From contig CAMWSU010000001.1 in the NCBI GenBank assembly GCA_947176965.1, positions 68,888 to 132,887 on the forward strand: a DNA stretch of 64,000 nucleotides. The letters run 5' to 3'. The notes under the pieces were generated by a model. It was not told where the DNA came from. It saw only the letters and a program-made list of their open reading frames with translations, and ran no database searches. Source of the stretch: an uncultured Lachnospiraceae bacterium. GTDB taxonomy: Bacteria > Bacillota > Clostridia > Lachnospirales > Lachnospiraceae. Position numbers and translations under genes: made by a program. Numbering within the stretch: position 1 is the stretch's first letter; each line of letters starts with the position of its first letter. Shown here in pieces: positions 46,522 through 57,784 of the stretch.

Positions 46522-46542
46522 GAGGAGAAAAGGAGGAGCATT

Positions 46543-48654
46543 ATGAGCGAAGTAATGAACGTTGAGGAGATTTTTGCATCGGATGTCTTTACACTCGGCA
46601 AGATGAAAGAAGTGCTGCCGAAAGACGTCTATAAGGAAGTAAAAAAGGTCATGGATGAGGGCGGCGAGCTTTCTATGTCGGCGGCAAACGTGGTTGCCAA
46701 GGCAATGAAGGATTGGGCGGTCGAGAACGGTGCGACGCATTTTACACATTGGTTCCAGCCTTTGACCGGTATCACGGCGGAAAAGCATGACGCATTTGTC
46801 ACCCATCCGGATGACAGCGGCAAAATGCTGACAGAGTTTTCGGGAAAAGAGCTGATCAAGGGAGAGCCGGATGCGTCTTCCTTCCCGTCGGGCGGACTGC
46901 GCGCGACCTTTGAGGCGAGAGGCTATACGGCGTGGGATATCACATCGCCGGCATTCTTAAAGGAATCGGGCTGCGGCACAATCCTCTGCATCCCGACGGC
47001 GTTCTGTTCCTACACGGGCGAGGCGCTTGATAAAAAGACGCCGCTTTTGCGCTCCATGCAGGCGCTTTCCGAGCAGGCGCTCCGTATCGTAAGGCTGTTC
47101 GGCAATCAGGGTGCGACGAAAGTAACGGCATCCGTAGGACCGGAGCAGGAATATTTCTTAGTGGATAAAGAGCTGTATATGCAGCGTCCCGATCTCATGT
47201 TTGCGGGAAGAACGCTGTTCGGCGCGCCGGCTCCGAAAGGGCAGGAAATGGAGGATCATTATTTCGGTGTCATCAAGGAGCGTGTCGGCGCTTATATGAA
47301 AGACTTAAATATCGAACTGTGGAAGCTCGGCGTGACGGCAAAGACGCAGCACAATGAGGTTGCGCCCGCACAGCATGAGCTGGCCCCGATCTATGAGACA
47401 GCGAACATTGCGGTTGACCATAACCAGCTTGTCATGGAGGCAATGAAGCGGGTCGCTTATAAGCATGACATGAGATGTCTGCTTCATGAGAAGCCGTATG
47501 CGGGCGTGAACGGATCCGGTAAGCATAACAACTGGTCGATCACGACGGATAACGGTGTGAATCTTTTAGATCCGGGTGAGACCCCGAATGAAAATATCCA
47601 ATTCCTGTTAGTACTTGCCTGCATCATGAAGGCGGTCGATACGCATGCGGATCTGCTCAGACAGAGCGCATCCGACGTCGGAAACGATCACAGACTTGGC
47701 GCGAACGAGGCTCCGCCCGCCATCATTTCGATGTTCCTCGGCGAACAGCTTGACGATGTTGTGAGACAGCTTGTGGAGACGGGAATGGCGAAGAGCTTAA
47801 AAGAGGGCGGCAAGCTGATGACGGGCGTAAAGACACTGCCCGATTTAGATAAAGATGCGACTGACAGAAACAGAACATCACCGTTTGCCTTCACGGGAAA
47901 TAAATTTGAGTTCCGTATGGTCGGTTCGGCGGATTCCATCGCAAGCCCGAATACGATCTTAAATGCGATCGTTGCGGAGGCATTCTGCGAGGCTGCGGAC
48001 CGGTTGGAAAAGGCAAACGATTTTGAGATGGAAGTACATGACCTGATCAAAGAATATATGACGAAATACCAGAGGATTGTATTCAACGGCGACGGCTATT
48101 CCGATGAGTGGATCATGGAAGCGGAGAAGAGAGGACTGCCCAATATCAAGTCCATGATCGAGGCGGCAGGCTCTTTGACAACCGAGAAAGCAGTAAAGCT
48201 GTTTGAGAAGTTCGGCATCTTTACGAAGACAGAGCTTGAGTCCCGTGAGGAGATTATCTATGAAACGTATGCAAAGACCATCAACATTGAGGCGTTGACG
48301 ATGATCGATATGGCGGGCAAGCAGATCATTCCGGCAGTCGTGTCCTACACAAAGAACCTTGCAGACACGATCAATGCCGTAAAAGCCGCAGGCTGCGACG
48401 CATCCGTACAGGTGGATCTCTTAAAAGAGACTTCGGCATTGCTCGGCGATATGAGGGAAGCGCTTTCTGACTTAAAGAAAGCGGAGGCAGAAGCTTCGGC
48501 AATGGCCGATGTGAAAGAGCAGGCGTTCTTCTATAAAGAAACTGTCATGAACATCATGCAGCAGCTTCGGACTCCGGCGGATAAACTGGAGATGATCGTG
48601 GACAAATCCATGTGGCCGTTCCCGACCTATGGTGAGTTGATGTTTGAAGTGTAA
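46543..48654 (+). CDS. glnN: Glutamine synthetase type III
   Basis: ~700 aa. [35 protein letters not shown] and [10 protein letters not shown] motifs are typical of GSIII. Confidence 0.93.
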   Translation: MSEVMNVEEIFASDVFTLGKMKEVLPKDVYKEVKKVMDEGGELSMSAANVVAKAMKDWAVENGATHFTHWFQPLTGITAEKHDAFVTHPDDSGKMLTEFSGKELIKGEPDASSFPSGGLRATFEARGYTAWDITSPAFLKESGCGTILCIPTAFCSYTGEALDKKTPLLRSMQALSEQALRIVRLFGNQGATKVTASVGPEQEYFLVDKELYMQRPDLMFAGRTLFGAPAPKGQEMEDHYFGVIKERVGAYMKDLNIELWKLGVTAKTQHNEVAPAQHELAPIYETANIAVDHNQLVMEAMKRVAYKHDMRCLLHEKPYAGVNGSGKHNNWSITTDNGVNLLDPGETPNENIQFLLVLACIMKAVDTHADLLRQSASDVGNDHRLGANEAPPAIISMFLGEQLDDVVRQLVETGMAKSLKEGGKLMTGVKTLPDLDKDATDRNRTSPFAFTGNKFEFRMVGSADSIASPNTILNAIVAEAFCEAADRLEKANDFEMEVHDLIKEYMTKYQRIVFNGDGYSDEWIMEAEKRGLPNIKSMIEAAGSLTTEKAVKLFEKFGIFTKTELESREEIIYETYAKTINIEALTMIDMAGKQIIPAVVSYTKNLADTINAVKAAGCDASVQVDLLKETSALLGDMREALSDLKKAEAEASAMADVKEQAFFYKETVMNIMQQLRTPADKLEMIVDKSMWPFPTYGELMFEV

Positions 48655-48694
48655 AGGGCATGGTTACTAAAATGAAATGGACAGGGTATCAGGT

Positions 48695-49738
48695 ATGAAG
48701 CGTAAAAGGTTAAGTTTCAGGGCAGCAGTGATTGCTGCCCTATGCCTGCCATTGGCGGGAATTGGTTTTTTGCCGGATATGGGGCAATACGGCATGACGA
48801 CCGTGCATGCAGCAGCCGGAGAGAATGCGGGGATAGAAGCGCAGACGCCGCCGCTTCCGGGTCCTACGGCAATACCAATACTGTTTTTTAATGTCACACA
48901 GGTGGCGTGCCATATACAGGCGACGGAGTCGGTTCTTGTGTGGACGGAGCCGTTTGAAGATACGGCACAGTGTGTCGCACAGGTAGATGCGGGTACGGTA
49001 TTTATGGTCTGCGGCGTGACGAGCAACGGATGGTTTCAGGTGCGGTATTTAGGGCAGAAATGCTATGTCAGTCCCGTGAATGTGGCGTTTTACACAGGCG
49101 GGGAGGAGCGGACGGAGCTTCCTCTTTTAGATAAAGAAAAGGGATACCGTGTTGCGTTTTTAGGAGACGGTATCACGTACGGGGATAAGCTTTCCTCGCA
49201 AAGCGACACCTACGCATCGCTCCTTACAGTCAAAATGGGGGCGGAGTCCTATGATAATTATGGTGTGAACGGGTCTTGCATGGGTGGGAATCATCCTGAG
49301 CGCTTTTGGGACAGATATTTCGCCATGACGGAGGAGGCGGATCTGGTATTTGTGTTTGGCGGGACAAATGACTATGAATTGGGTACGCCGCTCGGCGCCA
49401 TGGGCGACAATTCCACGCAGAGTTTTTACGGTGTGCTGAATCTGCTGATGAGCAGTATGAAGCAAAAATATCCCGACGCGCAGATCATATTTATGACGCC
49501 GCTGCCCCGGCTTGGGGACACTCAGAAGAACAGCGAGGGATATGTGCTTGCGGATTATGCCAATGCCATCGTGGAGATGGGGGAATTTTATGATATTCCG
49601 GTTGTGGATCTCTATCATACGGCATCCATGAATTTCGTTGGAAATGACGAATATTCAGCGGACGGACTTCATCCGACTGCGGCCGGGCATAAAGCGCTTT
49701 CGGATTACCTGTATGGCCTGCTGTGGGAACAGCAATAA
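48695..49738 (+). CDS. Secreted SH3-domain + SGNH/GDSL hydrolase
   Basis: Signal peptide MKRKRLSFRAAVIAALCLPLAG. SH3b-like segment (GTVFMVCGVTSNGWFQVRYLGQKCYV). SGNH blocks FLGDGITYG, FGGTNDY and DGLHPTAAGH. Confidence 0.8.
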   Translation: MKRKRLSFRAAVIAALCLPLAGIGFLPDMGQYGMTTVHAAAGENAGIEAQTPPLPGPTAIPILFFNVTQVACHIQATESVLVWTEPFEDTAQCVAQVDAGTVFMVCGVTSNGWFQVRYLGQKCYVSPVNVAFYTGGEERTELPLLDKEKGYRVAFLGDGITYGDKLSSQSDTYASLLTVKMGAESYDNYGVNGSCMGGNHPERFWDRYFAMTEEADLVFVFGGTNDYELGTPLGAMGDNSTQSFYGVLNLLMSSMKQKYPDAQIIFMTPLPRLGDTQKNSEGYVLADYANAIVEMGEFYDIPVVDLYHTASMNFVGNDEYSADGLHPTAAGHKALSDYLYGLLWEQQ

Positions 49739-49852
49739 ATGTGTAAATTGAGGATAGCATCGGTGTTTCTAAGGATATGGAAAAGCGAAGTATTGGTATA
49801 AACAGGCAGCTTTGCAGAAACATGATCTGGCGGACACAAAGTGCAAAGAGTT

Positions 49853-49902
49853 AAAAACCCCCCTTAACTAGCCTTGGCTTTTGGCCTGCCTATTTAAGGG
49901 GG
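49853..49902 (-). terminator. Rho-independent terminator of the minus-strand zinc-ribbon gene
   Basis: On the minus strand, CCCCCTTAA-loop-TTAAGGGGG is followed by GTTTTT. Confidence 0.6.
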
Positions 49903-49909
49903 ATCATAC

Positions 49910-50368
49910 CTATGCATTCACAATCGGAACTTTTTTATAGCCTCTGCTCTTTTTGATTCGTTTCACTTGGTCCTTGGTGATATCGGAAGCGACAAGAATT
50001 TCTTCTCCCGTCATTAAATCCCTTATCCAGAATTCATAACTGTTATCCGTGGACATAAATCCTGTCGTTTTTTTCGCTAAAACATGCTTTGCATAAGGCT
50101 CAAAAGCCTGACGGTATCCGTAATCACCGGCTGCCATTTCCACCTTCGCTTCCTTGCTCTTTAACTCCATGCCCCTTCCACATACGGGACACATTTTGAA
50201 ATAAATCTTCTTTACAGGAAAAAGCGGTATGTATTCCAGATGTGCCCAAACAGTATTCCTGACATATCCTTTTTGGTATATTCTGTGGCAGACGGGACAT
50301 TCTTCTCTCTGCCCGTAATAACCTGCAAGTTTTGTAAAAACGTGGGTTCCGTAAACAATAACTGCCAT
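49910..50368 (-). CDS. Zinc-ribbon protein of unknown function
   Basis: CPVC...(33 aa)...CPVC pairs (ECPVCHRIY / KMCPVCGRG). AAAGAGGA RBS on the minus strand. Own terminator. Confidence 0.65.
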   Translation of the reverse strand: MAVIVYGTHVFTKLAGYYGQREECPVCHRIYQKGYVRNTVWAHLEYIPLFPVKKIYFKMCPVCGRGMELKSKEAKVEMAAGDYGYRQAFEPYAKHVLAKKTTGFMSTDNSYEFWIRDLMTGEEILVASDITKDQVKRIKKSRGYKKVPIVNA

Positions 50369-50518
50369 AATGTCCTCTTTTCTTCACGTAATATCTTATT
50401 TTATTAACGAACAAAGCATATCATGTCTGCCGTTTTTCTGTCAAACACAATGTATAAATTAATAAGATTTGCCGCAAACAGATTTATAAACATTAGAGAA
50501 ATGTCTTGAACGAAAGTC

Positions 50519-50532
50519 GGAACAAATGTTCG
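50519..50532. promoter_or_regulatory. LexA (Cheo/SOS) box upstream of uvrB
   Basis: GGAACAAATGTTCG compared with the Firmicutes consensus CGAACnnnnGTTCG. The GAAC-N4-GTTC core is perfect. Confidence 0.8.
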
Positions 50533-50540
50533 ATAAATAG

Positions 50541-50569
50541 TAGACAATAAAAAAAGGCTGTGGTATACT
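50541..50569 (+). promoter_or_regulatory. uvrBA promoter
   Basis: TAGACA, a 17-nt spacer, then the extended -10 TGgTATACT. Confidence 0.6.
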
Positions 50570-50666
50570 CATAGGACGAGATAGTTGAAGTGCGAAAAAT
50601 GATGGAATGGTAAAGATGAGAACGCAGCAATAGAGTTTGGAATGAGTGAGGATTGGGAGTACTTTC

Positions 50667-52646
50667 ATGGATCATTTTGAATTGGTATCGGAATATGTGC
50701 CTACCGGCGATCAGCCGCAGGCGATCACGGAGTTGGTGGAAGGCTTTAAGCAGGGCAACCAATTCCAGACGCTTCTCGGCGTGACCGGTTCCGGTAAGAC
50801 CTTTACAATGGCGAATATCATACAGGCATTGAATAAGCCGACGCTGATCATTGCACATAATAAGACGCTTGCGGGACAGCTTTACGGCGAGTTTAAGGAA
50901 TTTTTCCCGAATAACGCGGTTGAATATTTTGTTTCCTATTATGATTATTACCAGCCGGAGGCATATGTTCCGTCGTCGGACACCTATATAGCAAAGGACT
51001 CCGCCGTAAATGAGGAAATCGACAGGCTGCGCCTGTCCGCGACCGCGTCGCTGACCGAGCGGAGAGATGTGATCGTGGTTGCCAGTGTGTCGTGTATTTA
51101 CGGTCTGGGAAGCCCGGACGATTATATGGGAATGGTGGTTTCCCTGCGGCCGGGTATGACGAAGGACAGAGATCAGGTCATCCGGGAGCTGATCGACATG
51201 CAGTATGAGCGAAATGACTTGGATCTTGACCGAAGCTGCTTTCGCGTTCATGGCGACGTGCTGGAGATCAATCCTGCGCAGGGCGGGGATGCGCTGATCA
51301 GAGTCGAATTTTTCGGCGATGAGATTGACCGCATCACGGAGGTTGAACCGCTGACGGGAAAGTCGCTCTCGGTACTGGAACATGTGATGATCTTTCCGGC
51401 TTCTCATTATGTTGTTGCACCGGAAAAGATTCGGCGCGCCTGTGATGCGATCGATGAGGAATTAAAAGAGCGGGTTGTTTTTTTTAAGCAGGAGGACAAG
51501 CTGTTAGAGGCGCAGCGGATTGCCGAGCGCACGAATTTTGATGTGGAGATGCTGCGTGAGACGGGTTTCTGCTCCGGCATTGAGAATTATTCAAGACATT
51601 TGAACGGCACGAAGGCGGGGGAACCTCCGCACTGTCTGATGGACTATTTTAAGGATGACTATCTGATCATCATTGACGAGTCCCATATTACGATCCCGCA
51701 GATCCGGGGCATGTATGCGGGAGACCGTTCGCGCAAGACAACGCTTGTCGATTACGGTTTCCGCCTGCCGTCGGCGCTTGATAACCGGCCGCTGAATTTT
51801 GCGGAGTTCGAGCAGCATATCGATCAGATGCTGTTTGTGTCGGCAACACCGAATGTCTACGAGCAGGAGCATGAGCTGCTGCGGACAGAACAGATCATCC
51901 GGCCGACCGGACTGTTGGATCCCGAAGTGTTCGTGCGTCCGATCGAGGGGCAGATCGACGATCTGATCGGTGAGATCCGCAAGGAGACGGAGCGCAAAAA
52001 CAAGGTGCTTGTGACGACGCTCACCAAGCGGATGGCGGAAGATCTGACCGAGTATATGAAGGATGTCGGCGTCCGTGTCAAATATCTGCATTCGGATATT
52101 GACACGCTGGAACGTGCCGAGATCATACGGGATATGCGGCTGGATGTGTTCGACGTACTCGTCGGGATCAACCTGCTGCGGGAGGGTTTGGACATTCCCG
52201 AGATTTCACTGGTGGCGATTCTGGATGCGGATAAGGAGGGCTTTCTGAGGTCCGAGACTTCATTGATACAGACGATCGGACGTGCGGCGCGAAATTCTGA
52301 CGGGCATGTCATTATGTATGCGGATCAGATCACGGAGTCCATGCGTGTGGCAATTGAGGAGACGGAGCGGAGACGTCGTATCCAGCAGAAATATAATGAG
52401 GAGCACGGAATCACGCCGCAGACAATCCGTAAGGCGGTGAGGGATCTGATCAGCATCAGCAGGAAGATTGCCAAGGAAGAAGTGCGCTTCGAGAAGGATC
52501 CGGAATCCATGACAAAAGAAGAATTGGAAAAGCTGATCGCGGCAGTTCAAAAGAAGATGAAGAAAGCTGCGGCGGAGCTTGACTTTGAGACGGCGGCGGA
52601 ACTTCGCGATAAGATGATGGAGCTAAAGAAGCGGTTGGAGGAATAA
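50667..52646 (+). CDS. uvrB: Excinuclease ABC subunit B
   Basis: [12 protein letters not shown] Walker A, DESH box, and a C-terminal UVR domain ([14 protein letters not shown]). Confidence 0.98.
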   Translation: MDHFELVSEYVPTGDQPQAITELVEGFKQGNQFQTLLGVTGSGKTFTMANIIQALNKPTLIIAHNKTLAGQLYGEFKEFFPNNAVEYFVSYYDYYQPEAYVPSSDTYIAKDSAVNEEIDRLRLSATASLTERRDVIVVASVSCIYGLGSPDDYMGMVVSLRPGMTKDRDQVIRELIDMQYERNDLDLDRSCFRVHGDVLEINPAQGGDALIRVEFFGDEIDRITEVEPLTGKSLSVLEHVMIFPASHYVVAPEKIRRACDAIDEELKERVVFFKQEDKLLEAQRIAERTNFDVEMLRETGFCSGIENYSRHLNGTKAGEPPHCLMDYFKDDYLIIIDESHITIPQIRGMYAGDRSRKTTLVDYGFRLPSALDNRPLNFAEFEQHIDQMLFVSATPNVYEQEHELLRTEQIIRPTGLLDPEVFVRPIEGQIDDLIGEIRKETERKNKVLVTTLTKRMAEDLTEYMKDVGVRVKYLHSDIDTLERAEIIRDMRLDVFDVLVGINLLREGLDIPEISLVAILDADKEGFLRSETSLIQTIGRAARNSDGHVIMYADQITESMRVAIEETERRRRIQQKYNEEHGITPQTIRKAVRDLISISRKIAKEEVRFEKDPESMTKEELEKLIAAVQKKMKKAAAELDFETAAELRDKMMELKKRLEE

Positions 52647-52669
52647 CAGAATAAAGGAGTACAGAGAGT

Positions 52670-55552
52670 ATGGCAGCAAAAAAGATGCTTGCACCGACGG
52701 AGTATATTCGAATCCGGGGAGCAAACGAGCATAATCTGAAACAGATTGACATTGATATTCCGAGAAATCAGCTTGTGGTATTGACGGGGCTTTCCGGCTC
52801 CGGGAAATCATCACTGGCGTTTGATACGATCTATGCGGAAGGACAGAGGCGTTACATGGAGTCGCTGTCCTCTTATGCAAGGCAGTTTCTGGGGCAGATG
52901 GAAAAGCCGAGTGTGGAAAAGATTGAGGGGCTTTCTCCGGCGATTTCTATAGACCAGAAATCGACAAACCGTAACCCGCGTTCGACGGTGGGAACCGTGA
53001 CGGAGATTTATGATTATTTCCGTCTCCTCTACGCGCGTATCGGGATTCCGCACTGTCCGGAATGCGGCAGGGAGATCCGGAAGCAGACGGTCGATGAGAT
53101 GTGCGATCAGATCATGGGGCTTGCGGAAGGAACAAAAATACAATTGCTCGCACCTGTCGTCCGCGGTAAAAAAGGAGAGCATGCAAAGGTACTTTCGCGT
53201 GCCGCAAGGAGCGGCTATGTGCGCGTGATCCTGGATGGCAGCATGTATGAGCTTTCCGAGGAGATCAAGCTGGATAAAAATATCAAGCATACTATAGAGA
53301 TTGTAGTGGACCGTTTGATCGTGAAGCCGGGTATTGAGAGCAGGCTGACAAGCTCGATCGAGAATACGCTTGAGCTGGCGGAAGGGCTGATGGTAGTTGA
53401 CGTGATCGACGGGGAGCCGCTTCAGTTCAGTCAGAGCTTTGCATGTCCGGATTGTGGAATCAGCATTGAGGAGATCGAGCCGAGGAGCTTTTCTTTCAAT
53501 AATCCGTTCGGTGCCTGTCCTGACTGCTTCGGACTCGGCTATAAGATGGAGTTTGACCCTGAGCTGTTGATACCGGATCGCTCCCTAAGCCTGAATCAGG
53601 GTGCGATCGTTGCGATGGGCTGGCAGTCAAGCTCGGATGAGGGAAGCTTTACTCACGCGCTGCTTGACGCATTGGCAAAGGAATATCATTTTTCTTTAGA
53701 CACACCGTTTGAGGAGCTTCCGGACGAGATTCAGAATGTCATTATTTCAGGCACAAACGGACGTCAGGTAAAAGTGCATTATAAAGGACAGCGCGGTGAG
53801 GGTGTGTATCCGGTCGCGTTTGAAGGGCTGGTCCAGAATATGCAGAAGCGTTATCGCGAGACCGGTTCTGATTTTATGAAACAGGAGTATGAAACGTTCA
53901 TGAAGATCACGCCCTGCAAGCTGTGCAAGGGCATGCGGTTAAAAAAGACTTCGCTTGCGGTGACGGTCTGCGACAAAAATATTTATGAGATCACATCTCT
54001 TTCTATCAAAACGCTGTCGGCATTTCTTGAAACGCTGGAACTGACAAGGCAGCAGCAGCTGATCGGAGATCAGATCCTGAAAGAGATTCGGGCGCGCGTG
54101 CGGTTTCTGGTCGATGTGGGACTGGAATACCTGAGTCTTTCCAGAGCAACGGCAAGCTTATCGGGCGGCGAGGCGCAGCGAATCCGGCTGGCGACACAGA
54201 TCGGTTCGGGACTTGTCGGCGTTTGCTACATTTTGGATGAGCCGAGCATCGGTCTGCATCAGCGCGATAATGATAAGCTGCTCTCTACATTGAAACGGCT
54301 GCGTGATCTTGGCAATTCGGTGCTCGTTGTGGAGCATGACGAGGATACGATGCTTGAGGCGGATCATATTGTGGACATCGGCCCGGGGGCGGGCGAGCAC
54401 GGCGGCGAGGTCATAGCGCAGGGAACAGCGGAGCAGATCATGAAAGTGAAGGAATCCGTAACGGGACAGTATTTGAGCGGCGCAAAACGGATCCCCGTAC
54501 CCGAGACAAGAAGAAAGCCGACCGGTTTTCTGACTGTCAAGGGCGCAAGAGAGCATAACCTGAAGAATATCGACGTGGATTTTCCGCTTGGCGTATTTAC
54601 CTGCGTCACGGGCGTTTCCGGTTCGGGAAAGAGTTCTCTGGTCAATGAAATCCTGTATAAGCATCTGGCGAAGAAGCTGAACCGGGCGAGGACCGTTGCC
54701 GGTGCGCATGACACGATCCTTCATGTGGATAAGCTCGATAAGGTCATTAATATCGACCAGTCGCCGATCGGACGAACACCGCGCTCCAATCCGGCGACCT
54801 ATACGGGAGTGTTCGATCAGATCCGTGATCTGTTTGCCGGCACAACGGACGCAAAGGCGCGCGGCTACAGCAAGGGACGATTCAGCTTTAACGTGAAAGG
54901 CGGGCGCTGCGAGGCATGCAGTGGAGACGGTATCATCAAAATTGAAATGCACTTTCTTCCCGACGTGTATGTGCCGTGCGAGGTCTGCGGAGGAAAACGC
55001 TACAATAGAGAGACGCTGGATGTCAAATATAAGGGAAAGAGTATTTATGACGTGCTGGATATGACGGTCGAGGAAGCGGTGCATTTCTTTGAAAATGTAC
55101 CGTCCATCCGAAGAAAGATCGAGACGCTTTACGACGTCGGACTTTCCTATATCCGCTTAGGACAGCCTTCCACAACATTATCAGGCGGCGAGGCGCAGCG
55201 GATCAAGCTTGCGACAGAGCTTTCCAAGCGGGATACGGGACATACGATCTATATTATGGATGAACCGACGACAGGACTGCATTTCGCGGATGTGCATAAA
55301 CTGGTGGACATCCTGCACCGACTTGCGGACGGCGGCAATACCGTGGTTGTGATCGAGCACAATCTGGATGTGATCAAGACAGCCGACTATATCATTGATA
55401 TGGGTCCGGAGGGCGGAGACGGCGGCGGAACGGTGATCGCAAGGGGAACGCCGGAACAGGTCGCACAGGCGGAAGGCTCTTATACGGGAGTCTATGTCCG
55501 GAAAATGTTGGAAAGGGAAAATCACAGAAAAACGCAAAAAAGCACGAATTGA
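52670..55552 (+). CDS. uvrA: Excinuclease ABC subunit A
   Basis: Two ABC modules ([14 protein letters not shown]; [13 protein letters not shown]), LSGGEAQR signatures and zinc fingers (CPEC, CPDC, CEAC...CEVC). Confidence 0.98.
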   Translation: MAAKKMLAPTEYIRIRGANEHNLKQIDIDIPRNQLVVLTGLSGSGKSSLAFDTIYAEGQRRYMESLSSYARQFLGQMEKPSVEKIEGLSPAISIDQKSTNRNPRSTVGTVTEIYDYFRLLYARIGIPHCPECGREIRKQTVDEMCDQIMGLAEGTKIQLLAPVVRGKKGEHAKVLSRAARSGYVRVILDGSMYELSEEIKLDKNIKHTIEIVVDRLIVKPGIESRLTSSIENTLELAEGLMVVDVIDGEPLQFSQSFACPDCGISIEEIEPRSFSFNNPFGACPDCFGLGYKMEFDPELLIPDRSLSLNQGAIVAMGWQSSSDEGSFTHALLDALAKEYHFSLDTPFEELPDEIQNVIISGTNGRQVKVHYKGQRGEGVYPVAFEGLVQNMQKRYRETGSDFMKQEYETFMKITPCKLCKGMRLKKTSLAVTVCDKNIYEITSLSIKTLSAFLETLELTRQQQLIGDQILKEIRARVRFLVDVGLEYLSLSRATASLSGGEAQRIRLATQIGSGLVGVCYILDEPSIGLHQRDNDKLLSTLKRLRDLGNSVLVVEHDEDTMLEADHIVDIGPGAGEHGGEVIAQGTAEQIMKVKESVTGQYLSGAKRIPVPETRRKPTGFLTVKGAREHNLKNIDVDFPLGVFTCVTGVSGSGKSSLVNEILYKHLAKKLNRARTVAGAHDTILHVDKLDKVINIDQSPIGRTPRSNPATYTGVFDQIRDLFAGTTDAKARGYSKGRFSFNVKGGRCEACSGDGIIKIEMHFLPDVYVPCEVCGGKRYNRETLDVKYKGKSIYDVLDMTVEEAVHFFENVPSIRRKIETLYDVGLSYIRLGQPSTTLSGGEAQRIKLATELSKRDTGHTIYIMDEPTTGLHFADVHKLVDILHRLADGGNTVVVIEHNLDVIKTADYIIDMGPEGGDGGGTVIARGTPEQVAQAEGSYTGVYVRKMLERENHRKTQKSTN

Positions 55553-55726
55553 CCTTTATTTTTATCGGAAAACAGCCGATAACATACCTAGATGCATGGA
55601 GGCACGAATACGCAGGGCGGACGGAACCGCTTTACGTAGCGTGCTTTCTTTGTTGGGAAAAGAAACATGTAACAGTCCTATCCGTGCATGGTTCAAAAAA
55701 ATTTGTGAAGTTTTTGGAAACCCCCT

Positions 55727-55754
55727 TTGAAAATGCGTTCTTATAGGTTATAAT
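55727..55754 (+). promoter_or_regulatory. Near-consensus SigA promoter upstream of mreB
   Basis: TTGAAA, 16 nt, TATAAT. It leaves a ~115-nt leader containing the hairpin GATGGCAA...TTGCCATT. Confidence 0.6.
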
Positions 55755-55876
55755 GGCTTCGTATGTTTATTTTTTACGGTAGATGGCAATGCTGAAAGTA
55801 GATTTTGCCATTCGGTCATGAGTATAAGAAGCATTCACATAGAAATAGAGGAGAGCGTGAGAAAGGGGTTTGGAGC

Positions 55877-56872
55877 ATGCAGTATACGGATATTGGAATT
55901 GATTTGGGAACTGCGAGTATTCTTGTCTATATCAGAGGGAAGGGCGTTGTGTTAAAGGAGCCGTCTGTTGTTGCATTTGACAGGGATACGAATAAGATAA
56001 AGGCAATCGGTGAGGATGCGCGTCTGATGTTGGGAAGGACGCCGGGAAATATCGTTGCGGTCAGACCGTTAAGACAGGGTGTTATTTCGGATTATACCGT
56101 CACCGAGAAAATGATGAAGTATTTTATCCAGAAAGCGCTCGGAAGAAGAACCTTCCGCAAGCCGCGCATTGCGGTGTGCGTGCCGAGCGGCGTGACTGAG
56201 GTAGAGAAGAAAGCAGTTGAGGACGCAACCTATCAGGCAGGCGCACGGGAGGTTTCCATTATTGAGGAACCGATCGCAGCGGCAATCGGCGCCGGCATTG
56301 ACATCAGTAAGCCGTGCGGCAATATGATCGTTGATATTGGAGGCGGAACGTCGGATATTGCAGTCATCTCCCTCGGCGGTACGGTCGTAAGCGCATCCAT
56401 TAAGGTTGCGGGCGATGATTTTGATGAGGCGATCGTGCGCTATATGCGTAAAAAGCATAATCTTTTGATCGGCGAGAGAACAGCGGAGGACATTAAGATC
56501 AAGATCGGTACGGCGTTTAAGCGTCCGGAAGTAGATTATATGGAAGTTCGTGGTAGAAATCTGGTGACAGGTCTGCCGCGTACCGTTAAGGTTTCCTCGG
56601 AGGAGACAGAGGAGGCACTTAGGGAGACGACCTCGCAGATCATTGAGATCATACACAGCGTTCTTGAGAAAACACCGCCTGAGCTTGCGGCGGATATTGC
56701 GGATCGCGGTATTGTATTAACCGGAGGCGGAAGCCTGCTGCGCGGGCTGGAGGATCTGATCGCCAACAAGACGGGGATCAATACGATGACGGCGGAGGAG
56801 CCGATGACGGCGGTTGCGATCGGAACCGGACGCTATGTAGAGTTCCTTGCAGGCTACCATGAGGAAAGTTAA
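55877..56872 (+). CDS. mreB: Rod shape-determining actin homologue MreB/Mbl
   Basis: IGIDLGTASILVY, VVCVPSGVTEVEKKAV and DIGGGTSDIAVISLGG motifs. It is followed by two rod genes, like Bacillus mbl-flhO-flhP. Confidence 0.93.
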   Translation: MQYTDIGIDLGTASILVYIRGKGVVLKEPSVVAFDRDTNKIKAIGEDARLMLGRTPGNIVAVRPLRQGVISDYTVTEKMMKYFIQKALGRRTFRKPRIAVCVPSGVTEVEKKAVEDATYQAGAREVSIIEEPIAAAIGAGIDISKPCGNMIVDIGGGTSDIAVISLGGTVVSASIKVAGDDFDEAIVRYMRKKHNLLIGERTAEDIKIKIGTAFKRPEVDYMEVRGRNLVTGLPRTVKVSSEETEEALRETTSQIIEIIHSVLEKTPPELAADIADRGIVLTGGGSLLRGLEDLIANKTGINTMTAEEPMTAVAIGTGRYVEFLAGYHEES

Positions 56873-56929
56873 GAGACGGTTTATTCAGGATAAAGGGAAA
56901 CACGAAAAGGAACGGGTAAGGAGGCAGAC

Positions 56930-57715
56930 ATGCTCAGAGGATTATACACGGCCTATACCGGAATGGTAAACCAGCAGAAGCGTCTGGATACAATGACAAA
57001 TAATCTTGCGAATGTCAACACGGTTGGTTTTAAGAAGGAAGGCGCGACAAACGAGGCGTTTTCCGACGTGCTCGCATATCGTCTCAAGGATGTGACGACG
57101 CCGGGAAACGGCCGTTATATCGGACAGATGAATCTTGGCGTAAAGATCGGTGAAAATTACACGGATTGGACGCAGGGCGCGTTCCGTAACACCGATAATA
57201 CATATGATCTTGCCTTAAGCGGCAGCGGATTTTTCAGTATTGAGTTTACGAATAAAAATGACGAGACGATGACGCTGTATACGCGTGACGGTGGTTTTAC
57301 CGTGAATACGGCGGGGTATCTTGTCAATGATAACGGCGATTATGTGCTCGGCAGAGCGGCAAACGGCGGTTTGGAGCGGATTCAGCTTGACCCGACAAAG
57401 GATACCTACATCGATCAGACCGGGGGCATCTATCAGGATGACGAACTGATGGCGACACTCCAGATCACGGACTTTGCCGATTACGATTATTTAGCGAAAT
57501 ACGGTGAGAATTATTACCGTGCGATCGAGGGAGCAGAATTGCAGGATGCGGACGCGAGAGTCCATTCGGGATATTTGGAGCAGTCCAATGTGGAAAGCGT
57601 TCAGGAAATGGTAAATATGATCACGATCCAGCGGAATTATGAGGCGAATCAAAAGGTGATCACAACGCTCGACCGTTCGCTCGATATTGCGGTCAACCAG
57701 ATTGGCAAGGTGTAA
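56930..57715 (+). CDS. Flagellar basal-body rod protein, FlgF/FlhO-like
   Basis: N-terminal MLRGLYTAYTGMVNQQKRLDTMTNNLANVNTVGFKK and C-terminal GYLEQSNV...EMVNMITIQRNYEANQKV. Confidence 0.85.
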   Translation: MLRGLYTAYTGMVNQQKRLDTMTNNLANVNTVGFKKEGATNEAFSDVLAYRLKDVTTPGNGRYIGQMNLGVKIGENYTDWTQGAFRNTDNTYDLALSGSGFFSIEFTNKNDETMTLYTRDGGFTVNTAGYLVNDNGDYVLGRAANGGLERIQLDPTKDTYIDQTGGIYQDDELMATLQITDFADYDYLAKYGENYYRAIEGAELQDADARVHSGYLEQSNVESVQEMVNMITIQRNYEANQKVITTLDRSLDIAVNQIGKV

Positions 57716-57784
57716 GGTAATGTATCATGTCGCCGGACATGATACCCGCCCAAACGGGCATGCAAATAGTAGGAGGAATTTATC

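Noticed and set aside
46357-46542. Glutamine riboswitch, T-box, TnrA/GlnR box or ANTAR target in the glnN leader.
   Set aside because: I found no TGTNA-N7-TNACA site, no T-box specifier or T-box sequence, and no paired hexaloops with A1/G4. Only a generic attenuator-like hairpin is supported, and it is reported separately.
55494-55746. Small ORFs (78 and 65 aa) in the 320-nt uvrA-mreB spacer.
   Set aside because: They have no SD sequences, overlap the uvrA 3' end or the mreB promoter, and have non-protein-like composition. A consensus promoter plus leader explains the spacer better.
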